Assembly (NCBI GenBank): GCA_965234725.1
Contig: CBDDUX010000037.1
Coordinates: 1 to 15,282 of the forward strand
Source of the DNA: Thermoplasmatota archaeon
GTDB lineage: Archaea; Thermoplasmatota; Penumbrarchaeia; Penumbrarchaeales; Penumbrarchaeaceae
Direction: 5' to 3'
DNA length: 15,282 nt
The notes under the pieces are model-generated. The model was not told the origin of the DNA and did no database searches. It saw nothing but the letters and a program-made list of their open reading frames with translations. Position 1 is the stretch's first letter. Each line of letters opens with the position of its first letter. Positions 8,962-15,282 of this stretch are shown piece by piece. Made by a program: the position numbers and the translations under genes.

Positions 8962-9002
8962 CCTCCTTCTATTAAATGAGGTTATTTCTTCCCATAAAAA
9001 GG
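8962..9002 (-). promoter_or_regulatory. Candidate archaeal TATA box and Shine-Dalgarno for the 1276-aa gene
   Basis: The minus strand reads cc-TTTTTAT-ggg (9002-8991) and then aaGGAGG (8968-8962), which ends 7 nt before TTG 8954 and 10 nt before ATG 8951. Confidence 0.55.
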
Positions 9003-9040
9003 TTGTAGAACATGAGCTGAACAAGAATTGTTTTTCGTTG

Positions 9041-9166
9041 ATGAGTGAAATACTATCAAGTGAAGCAATAATTGTTGCATTGCTCATCACTTTACCCACT
9101 TCAGTTCTATCATTCGTTAACACGCATTCCTCTTCTCGCCGAGTACGGCAAAATCTAAATGGTTAG
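9041..9166 (+). pseudogene. Possible truncated 5' end (signal-peptide-like) of a divergent gene, cut by the boundary element
   Basis: ATG 9041 gives MSEILSSEAIIVALLITLPTSVLSFVNTHSSS, then runs into the repeat and stops inside it (TAG 9164-9166). It has a hydrophobic stretch, but is short and has no recognisable domain. Confidence 0.25.
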
Positions 9167-9200
9167 AAGATGTTTTCCAAAGTGGTCGTAATTAGTAAAT
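9132..9200 (+). repeat. 69-bp cassette-boundary element, copy 2
   Basis: cttctcgc-c-gagtac-ggcaaaa-tctaaatggttagaagatgttttccaaagtggt-c-gtaatt-agtaaat. Ungapped alignment with the other copies and the same 47-bp CG-to-CG spacing. Confidence 0.92.
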
Positions 9201-9207
9201 AGGAAGA

Positions 9208-10020
9208 TTGCAAATGATGAAAAAAGTACCTATAATAATCACTTCACTTATTCTAATTTCAATAGGTATATCTGGTTGTATGGATTTAAAAAGGAATGAT
9301 CAAAAACAAGATCCAAATGAGAACGGTGATAATAATATTCTGAATACAGATGAAGCTGAACCAGATATTGTCAGTTCTATTGACCATAAAAAAACTGAAA
9401 CAAATAGTGATTTCAATCCTGTCATTATTGTGAATAATGATGATATCAGAACACATACAACCTATGAGTTTTCAATTGATGATACACCCAATAACTCCAA
9501 TATTACTTGGGATTTTGATGATGGGATTATCTTATATGGAAGAAATGTTAGTCATCGCTATACAGTCTCTGATTATTACACGATCGAGGTAAAAATTACT
9601 TGGGAATCATCTTCAGCGGAAAGTGAATTGTCTGTAGATGTAAGAAATGCTGATACTGTAACAGGTCTTGTTGCGGATATAAATCGAATTATTGTTGGAT
9701 ATAGTGGTTTTGGACTTGGTGCAGAGATCCAGAAGGGAATAACAATCCCAGAAAGTGATGTTTACTTGAATTTATCACAATTAACCTGTGATCTGTCAGT
9801 AACAATAGGGTTGTTTGATAATGAAAGTAATGAAATAATAATCTTAATTACTGATTCTATAATAGGTCAAAAATTGACTTTAAATAAATATTGGCATATT
9901 ACTGGGGATATGATTGAACCATTTGATGAATTCAGGCCTATGTTCCTTAACTTGAGGATTAATTGTGATGATTATGTTGGACACGCAATTTGTGAGTTTA
10001 CAATAATACTCACATATTAA
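9208..10020 (+). CDS. PKD-domain lipoprotein (270 aa; true start probably ATG 9214 or 9217)
   Basis: MMKKVPIIITSLILISIGISG-C lipobox, N/D/Q-rich linker, and the PKD signature ITWDFDDG....GRNVSHRY.....YTIEVKIT. AT-rich (20-37% GC in three 60-nt samples). Confidence 0.85.
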   Translation: MQMMKKVPIIITSLILISIGISGCMDLKRNDQKQDPNENGDNNILNTDEAEPDIVSSIDHKKTETNSDFNPVIIVNNDDIRTHTTYEFSIDDTPNNSNITWDFDDGIILYGRNVSHRYTVSDYYTIEVKITWESSSAESELSVDVRNADTVTGLVADINRIIVGYSGFGLGAEIQKGITIPESDVYLNLSQLTCDLSVTIGLFDNESNEIIILITDSIIGQKLTLNKYWHITGDMIEPFDEFRPMFLNLRINCDDYVGHAICEFTIILTY

Positions 10021-10060
10021 TCCGATCAATGAAGTTTATCTTTGTGGAATATTGTTGCCC

Positions 10061-10129
10061 CCTTTCGCCGAAGAAGGCAAAATTCATATGTTGAGAAAGT
10101 GATTCCCCAAATGGACGTAATAGGCAAAA
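10061..10129 (+). repeat. 69-bp cassette-boundary element, copy 3
   Basis: cctttcgc-c-gaagaa-ggcaaaa-ttcatatgttgagaaagtgattccccaaatgga-c-gtaata-ggcaaaa. It lies between two convergent genes and is 48/69 identical to copy 2. Confidence 0.92.
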
Positions 10130-10149
10130 TCGAGTGGGAATTCGACATC

Positions 10150-13100
10150 TCATTCTTGTCCTTCTAGGTCCTCGATCTGTTCATGAATATAGTCTTTCAA
10201 CTCTGAAGTAGTCATTCCTTCTTCATTCTTTTCAGGAGCAGGAACGCCATAGAGGTCCTCATATGACGGAGTATTGTCTTCTTTCTCTTTTTCAAGAGCA
10301 GCTCTTTCTTCTTCACCACGTTTGATAGCAGCTTCATCCATTTGCTTTTTCTTTTTTATAAAGAAGAAGATTCCAAGAGCAAGAAGGATGACGACTATTA
10401 CCACGATGATTAATATCAGGAACAATGAAGATGATGAACTCTCTCCTTCGCCCACTTCTATATCGAAGGTTGCAGTATTTGTTTCAATTCCATCTGAAAC
10501 CTCCACAGTAACTGTATGGAGCATCACTTGGTTGTCTTTCGGTGTCCACCTTATCATGCCTGTTTCCTCATTGATCGTCATCCCATCCGGAGCTTCCACC
10601 AGAGAATATCTCAAATTGGGAAGGTCCTCCGTATCCTGATCTGTGCAGGAGATCTTGAATTTGAAATCAGTTCCAGCTGAGATCTTCTGGTCCTCAATGG
10701 TCTTGAATGTGGGTTTGTAGTTGACCCTGAATGACATCACTCCTGAAGTGCATAAACCGTCAGAACAACCGTCATTTGGGATAACTGTCCAGAAGTATGT
10801 TTTTCCTGGATCCAGATCAGAGAGCGTGATGTTTGTACCCTCGAATTCTTCTTCAAAGAGGGCTTCTTCTCGATATCCCTGGACAAATACCTCTGTTTGG
10901 TGAAGATAAATGTCGTAGGTAATTGATTCTCCTTCAGGATCTGTACCTTCCCAGCTGAGAATAGCACCGGTGGAAGCTCCTTTTTCACCATCTCCAGGAC
11001 CAATTAACTCCACATCCGGGGGTAGAGAAGCTAATACCGTGATAGTGAAGGTCCTATTGGCAAATACAAGTCCATCCCATGCTGATACAATTACTTCTAG
11101 TTTGAACGGAGCTTTATCGAAAATATGGATGTCAGCTGTCCAGTTTATTTGTCCGGTATCTTCATCAATTGTAATATCGGAATCCGGTGCGGATGAAACG
11201 GAATAATATGTTGTATCTCCATCATAATCCGTAGCGTTCACATCGAAGAGATATGTTTTTCCATGAACAATATTTATATTTTCAGGAAAATCTACCCAGG
11301 CAGGTCTATCATTGACGTTTAGAACCTCCAATGTGAAGTTATGGAAATCGAACTCATCCGAAAGGTCCCAGACTGAAACGTTTACGAAGTAGGACCCAAC
11401 ATCCATTGGTCCTGGATTTCCGGACAGTGTTCCCATTTCATAATCGATTGAAAGGAAGCCAGCATCGGTATGGAGTTTCCATTTGATCTCATCTCCGGAA
11501 TCGATTTCAAGAGCTTGATAATTCTTGAGGAATGGATCGTTTTGATAGACTGACAGGGTGTCATTTGTGATTATTATTGGAGGGTCGTTAACATTGATTA
11601 CCTTGATATCGAACTGTCTTGAATCCCAGCCTTCATTTCCGTCATGCACAGATACAGTGACTGTTACAATTCCCACATCATCATTTGTAGGTGTTCCGTT
11701 CATAATACCCGATAGATAATCCATTGTGAGCCATTCAGCATTCGATGAAAGATGGTAGGTTACATTGCCTTGTCCATCATCATTACAGTCGTAGTCCACT
11801 TCATAGTATTTTCCCTGGTTAATCTCAAGAAGATTCTCCCCAGTCAAGATCGGATTGGCATTCTCAACAGATATCAAGAACTTTTGCGAAGAGAAATGAC
11901 CGATATCGTCACTTAGGTTCAATGCTACAGACGTGATTCCCACATCTTCGTTTTCTGGAGTACCAGATAATATTAGAGTACCTGTATCGAATGATAACCA
12001 ATCTCCGATGATCTCAAATGTCCAGCTTGAAAAATCTGCCAAACCTATATTCGAATATTGAACAGAATATTCTTCGTCCTCATTTGCAATTCTTATTGGT
12101 TCTGTTGGTCCTATCTCCACCAGTTCACATACCATAACCTTCGCATTCTTTGTTGGGTCCTTTGCTGAGATCACAGAGATATTATCGAACATCTCGGTTG
12201 AGTTTGGAATAAAAAATTCATTCCGATAGTTGCCTGTGTGTAAACCAGTTTCTTTGAGCAGCATTAAAATTGGGGGTTGTATTGTTTTCTCAAAAGTAAG
12301 ATTGACAAAAGCATAGTCCCTTGTCAGAGGATTCTCATCCTGTCCTATCACCTCGATATGCAATGTTTCCTCCCGTTGTATCTTGTTGATCTCTTTACTA
12401 TGGGTGGAATCCCAGTATGTTTTTACGGAGTCTATTCTTGTGGGGCTGAAGGGTTTGTCGACATTGATATTCCTGTAAAAACTTGGGTCCCTGCAGGAAA
12501 CGACCTCAATATTTTCGAACCACACGAATGTTTCAGGTACCTGAAATTCTCCGCGGTATGCTCCCGTATTGATCCCTGTCTCATTGAGCAAAATTGGGAT
12601 CCGGAGTGGCATGCTGTATGTGGAGGAGATGTTCACCAGAGCAAAGTTCCGAGAAACCGGATTTGCATCGGTTCCGATAACCTCAATGTAGAAGGTATCT
12701 TCAAGGTCTGCTTTGTCCGCTTCAATTGTACATGCTGAATCATAGTAGGTCTTCAATGAGCTTATTGATGTGGGCCTGAATGGGTTATCAATGAAAAGGT
12801 GTGCAAACTTTGTGGGATCCTTTCTTGATGAGAAGTTCAAGGTATCGAGGTAAATCGTTCCTGGAGGAATGATGAAAAATCCCCTGTATATTCCAGTGTT
12901 GTTTCCCGTTTCGATATAAGCAACTCTTATCAAACCAACTGACCCTGGCCTGAATGTGATATTTACAATGGCAGTATCTTGATGGGAGGCATTGCTGTCG
13001 AGACCTTTAACCTCGATGTATATGGTGCTCCCGATATCAGCAACTGTCGCGGGTGTTGAGAATCCTGAGTCGGAGTAGAGATCGACCGAATAGACCTCTA

Positions 13101-14637
13101 ATGGTTCGGAATAACCAAGGCCTGATATCAGGTATGTCTGGCCCGCATCATACCCGCCCTCATCGTTATTATTAGCTCCTACGAGGATGTCGTCGTATCC
13201 GTCCCCGTTCACATCCCCCGCTCCTGAGACCGAATACCCTGAACCATCATCTGCAGCCTCGCCGATGAACGATGCATCCGCTGAGGATAGGTCCATGTCC
13301 ATGCTCCACCCCGTCGACCGACCCAGGACAAGATATGTCTGGCCCGCATTTGACCCACCCTCATCGTTATTATTAGCTCCTACGAGGATGTCGTCGTATC
13401 CGTCACCGTTCACGTCACCAGCTCCAGAGACAGACCACCCTGAACCATCACCTGCAGCCTCGCCGATGAACGACGCGTCCGATGAGGCCAGGTCCATATC
13501 CATGCTCCAACCGGTTGACCGGCCCAGGACAAGATATGTCTGGCCCGCACTTGACCCACCCTCATCATTGCCAAAAGCTCCGATCAGGATATCATCGTAT
13601 CCGTCCCCGTTCACATCTCCCGCGCCGGAGACAGATTGCCCTGAATTATCACTTGCAGCCTCGCCGATGAACGATGCATCCGCTGAGGATAGGTCCATGT
13701 CCATGCTCCACCCCGTCGACCGACCCAGGACAAGATATGTCTGGCCCGCATTTGACCCACCCTCATCGTTATTATTAGCTCCTACGAGGATGTCGTCGTA
13801 TCCGTCACCGTTCACGTCACCAGCTCCAGAGACAGACCACCCTGAACCATCACCTGCAGCCTCGCCGATGAACGACGCGTCCGATGAGGCCAGGTCCATA
13901 TCCATACTCCAACCGGTTGACCGGCCCAGGACAAGATATGTCTGGCCCGCATTTGACCCACCCTCATCATTGCCAAAAGCTCCGATCAGGATATCATCGT
14001 ATCCGTCCCCGTTCACATCTCCCGCTCCTGAGACCGAAACCCCTGAAAAATCACCTGCAGCCTCGCCGATGAACGACGCGTTCGATGAGGCCAGGTCCAT
14101 ATCCATGCTCCAACCGGTTGACCGGCCCAGGACAAGATATGTCTGGCCCGCATTTGACCCATCCTCATCGTTCTTATATGCTCCGATGAGGATGTCGTCG
14201 TATCCGTCACCGTTCACATCCCCCGCTCCTGAGATCGATCTCCCTGCCCAATCATCTGCAGCCTCGCCGATGAACGATGCATCCGCTGAGGATAGGTTCA
14301 TGTCCATGCTCCAACCAGTTGACCGGCCCAGGACAAGATATATCTGGCCCGCATTTGACCCACCCTCATCATTATTATATGCTCCGATGAGGATGTCATC
14401 GTATCCGTCCCCGTTCACATCTCCCGCTCCAGAGACAGACCACCCTGAACCATCACCTGCAGCCTCGCCGATGTACGTTGCCAACGAAGCATCGGAGATG
14501 TTCAGGTCCATCTCGAAATCAACAAACCCCCTTGTTTTCATTTGGGCAGTCACTTTGATGTCAATATTATCAATTAAAATAGAGAAAGATCCGATTATAA
14601 GAAGAATAGAAATAAGCGTTATTGTAGATTTATTCAT
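10150..14637 (-). CDS. Integrin-alpha-like FG-GAP seven-bladed propeller adhesin with three ETGxxTG repeats, cadherin-like/putative Ig domains, an FN3-like domain, C-terminal TM and charged tail (1495 aa)
   Basis: Signal peptide (KSTITLISILLIIGSFSILI). Seven SVSGAGDVNGDGYDDILIGA..AGQTYL units, three 110-aa repeats, several LSGTP.N.DVG..V...V.D / NVNDPP cadherin-like units, LSWEGTDPEG..YDIYL..LDPGKTYFWTV, and a TM followed by KKKK. Confidence 0.92.
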   Translation of the reverse strand: MNKSTITLISILLIIGSFSILIDNIDIKVTAQMKTRGFVDFEMDLNISDASLATYIGEAAGDGSGWSVSGAGDVNGDGYDDILIGAYNNDEGGSNAGQIYLVLGRSTGWSMDMNLSSADASFIGEAADDWAGRSISGAGDVNGDGYDDILIGAYKNDEDGSNAGQTYLVLGRSTGWSMDMDLASSNASFIGEAAGDFSGVSVSGAGDVNGDGYDDILIGAFGNDEGGSNAGQTYLVLGRSTGWSMDMDLASSDASFIGEAAGDGSGWSVSGAGDVNGDGYDDILVGANNNDEGGSNAGQTYLVLGRSTGWSMDMDLSSADASFIGEAASDNSGQSVSGAGDVNGDGYDDILIGAFGNDEGGSSAGQTYLVLGRSTGWSMDMDLASSDASFIGEAAGDGSGWSVSGAGDVNGDGYDDILVGANNNDEGGSNAGQTYLVLGRSTGWSMDMDLSSADASFIGEAADDGSGYSVSGAGDVNGDGYDDILVGANNNDEGGYDAGQTYLISGLGYSEPLEVYSVDLYSDSGFSTPATVADIGSTIYIEVKGLDSNASHQDTAIVNITFRPGSVGLIRVAYIETGNNTGIYRGFFIIPPGTIYLDTLNFSSRKDPTKFAHLFIDNPFRPTSISSLKTYYDSACTIEADKADLEDTFYIEVIGTDANPVSRNFALVNISSTYSMPLRIPILLNETGINTGAYRGEFQVPETFVWFENIEVVSCRDPSFYRNINVDKPFSPTRIDSVKTYWDSTHSKEINKIQREETLHIEVIGQDENPLTRDYAFVNLTFEKTIQPPILMLLKETGLHTGNYRNEFFIPNSTEMFDNISVISAKDPTKNAKVMVCELVEIGPTEPIRIANEDEEYSVQYSNIGLADFSSWTFEIIGDWLSFDTGTLILSGTPENEDVGITSVALNLSDDIGHFSSQKFLISVENANPILTGENLLEINQGKYYEVDYDCNDDGQGNVTYHLSSNAEWLTMDYLSGIMNGTPTNDDVGIVTVTVSVHDGNEGWDSRQFDIKVINVNDPPIIITNDTLSVYQNDPFLKNYQALEIDSGDEIKWKLHTDAGFLSIDYEMGTLSGNPGPMDVGSYFVNVSVWDLSDEFDFHNFTLEVLNVNDRPAWVDFPENINIVHGKTYLFDVNATDYDGDTTYYSVSSAPDSDITIDEDTGQINWTADIHIFDKAPFKLEVIVSAWDGLVFANRTFTITVLASLPPDVELIGPGDGEKGASTGAILSWEGTDPEGESITYDIYLHQTEVFVQGYREEALFEEEFEGTNITLSDLDPGKTYFWTVIPNDGCSDGLCTSGVMSFRVNYKPTFKTIEDQKISAGTDFKFKISCTDQDTEDLPNLRYSLVEAPDGMTINEETGMIRWTPKDNQVMLHTVTVEVSDGIETNTATFDIEVGEGESSSSSLFLILIIVVIVVILLALGIFFFIKKKKQMDEAAIKRGEEERAALEKEKEDNTPSYEDLYGVPAPEKNEEGMTTSELKDYIHEQIEDLEGQE
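12130..13110 (-). repeat. Three diverged 330-bp (110-aa) domain repeats with the motif IEV.G.D.N....D.A.VN....ETG..TG.YR
   Basis: IETGNNTGIYRG, NETGINTGAYRG and KETGLHTGNYRN occur at exactly 330-nt spacing (near 12901, 12571, 12241). Confidence 0.85.
13120..14481 (-). repeat. Intragenic tandem repeat: 7 x 201 bp (67 aa) FG-GAP units, including a near-identical 402-bp-period duplication
   Basis: The units recur every 201 nt. 13252-13623 and 13654-14025 differ at only 2 of 372 positions by eye comparison. Confidence 0.93.
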
Positions 14638-14644
14638 ATCGATT

Positions 14645-14690
14645 CCCCCCGGATTCCAATATTGAATAATCTATAGGGAATAAAAAGTTT
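14645..14690 (-). promoter_or_regulatory. Candidate TATA box and G-rich ribosome-binding site for the FG-GAP gene
   Basis: The minus strand reads aaac-TTTTTATT (14686-14679) about 45 nt upstream of the ATG, and GGGGGG (14650-14645) 7 nt upstream of ATG 14637. Confidence 0.5.
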
Positions 14691-14718
14691 GGGGCCCTCG
14701 GAGGGGCCCTTTTCCTTT
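14691..14718. terminator. GC-rich hairpin flanked by T-tracts, terminator-like and possibly bidirectional
   Basis: gggccc-tcggag-gggccc (14692-14709) is followed by ttttccttt on the + strand and by caaacttttt on the - strand. Confidence 0.55.
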
Positions 14719-14825
14719 GCTCTTGATCATCTATCTTAAAAGCATCCAAAGAGATTCTTACCCATTTCCCCCCAAGAAAGGAATATATCCAGTTATGATG
14801 ATATCTGGAGGGCCTGGGTGGTTAA

Positions 14826-15044
14826 ATGCTAAAACTTATGGAAACTAAAAAGAGAAGCATATTAAAATCTATTACTTATAGGATTATTTGTATTATTTCA
14901 TTGTTATCTGTTACCTTATTATTGACCGGAAATTTTTCTCAATCTATCTTAATTACATTCGTGTTTCAATCAATACAGACTATTCTTTATTATTTACATG
15001 AAAGATTTTGGGTATACTATTTTCCCATAAAGAAAGAACATTAA
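14826..15044 (+). CDS. Small DUF2061-like membrane protein (start possibly ATG 14838)
   Basis: METKKRSILKSITYRII...two hydrophobic helices...YYLHERFW matches the DUF2061 pattern RS..K..TWR...YY.HER.W. Very AT-rich (23-27% GC in two 60-nt samples). Confidence 0.8.
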   Translation: MLKLMETKKRSILKSITYRIICIISLLSVTLLLTGNFSQSILITFVFQSIQTILYYLHERFWVYYFPIKKEH

Positions 15045-15282
15045 AAAAAAATTCTCGATCCCCCCAAAAAGAGGCATTTATTTATGGATGTTTTATTAAC
15101 ATCCTCAAGGGTTTTCTTATGATTATATGGGTCGTTTCCGACTTGCGCACGTTTTTCGCAAAAAAAATCACTTCATGAGATCTGGCTACAAGGAAAAAAA
15201 ATCATCTGTGTAACCCACTAATAGGACCATATGTCAAAAAAAGTGAAGAATCGGAATTTTCGAGTCCGATACAACCATGGTA

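Larger units (their letters stand above)
1..14720. mobile_element. Putative tandem gene-cassette array: four single-gene surface-protein modules delimited by direct copies of the 69-bp element
   Basis: There is one intact gene per inter-repeat segment (19-4973, 5043-9131, 9201-10060, 10130 onward), the repeats are co-oriented, base composition is heterogeneous, and a truncated guaA abuts one repeat. No recombinase gene is in the window. Confidence 0.55.

Noticed and set aside
8929-9123. 64-aa minus-strand ORF upstream of the DUF2330-like gene
   Set aside because: It overlaps that gene's start, SD and TATA candidates and has no recognisable motif, so it is probably spurious.
4974-10129. Reading the intergenic repeats as CRISPR repeats
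   Set aside because: The intervals are 0.9-5 kb genes, the 33-bp internal segment is conserved and not a unique spacer, and no cas genes are present.
183-12738. Numerous 60-153 aa ORFs nested in or antisense to the large genes, including 4786-5007 and 4874-5065
   Set aside because: They are shadow frames of long coding sequences or of the guaA fragment, with no independent domain or expression signals.
13120-14481. Diversity-generating retroelement template/variable repeat pair
   Set aside because: The repeats are in-frame tandem coding units, the differences are not adenine-specific, and no reverse transcriptase is present.
13187-14665. 492-aa + strand ORF with Pro/Ser-rich repeats (also the 62-aa ORFs at 13482 and 13884)
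   Set aside because: It is the antisense shadow of the tandem FG-GAP repeats. One stop-free repeat unit propagates into a long ORF, and the minus-strand protein has the recognisable domains.

Overview
Probably archaeal DNA. The TATA/SD-type upstream signals and the style of the secreted proteins suggest Thermoplasmatota (inference). The window carries three giant secreted, C-terminally membrane-anchored surface proteins on the minus strand: a parallel beta-helix/FN3/Ig protein of 1531 aa, a DUF2330-like plus beta-propeller protein of 1276 aa, and a 7x FG-GAP plus cadherin-like protein of 1495 aa. It also carries an AT-rich PKD lipoprotein, a small DUF2061-like membrane protein and an orphan 3' fragment of GMP synthase (guaA). 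The main observation is a 69-bp non-coding element that separates the four surface-protein genes. It occurs at 1-18 (partial), 4974-5042, 9132-9200 and 10061-10129, aligns without gaps at about 70-75% pairwise identity, and keeps the same orientation whatever the direction of the flanking genes. Each copy has two recombinase-core-like sites (arm-C|6 variable nt|GGCAAAA) exactly 47 bp apart around a 33-bp core with covarying hairpin pairs. The region looks like an integron-like array of single-gene surface-protein cassettes, but the sites are not canonical attC sites. Remnants of former neighbour genes end at the sites. No recombinase is encoded in the window, so mobility is inferred and not shown.
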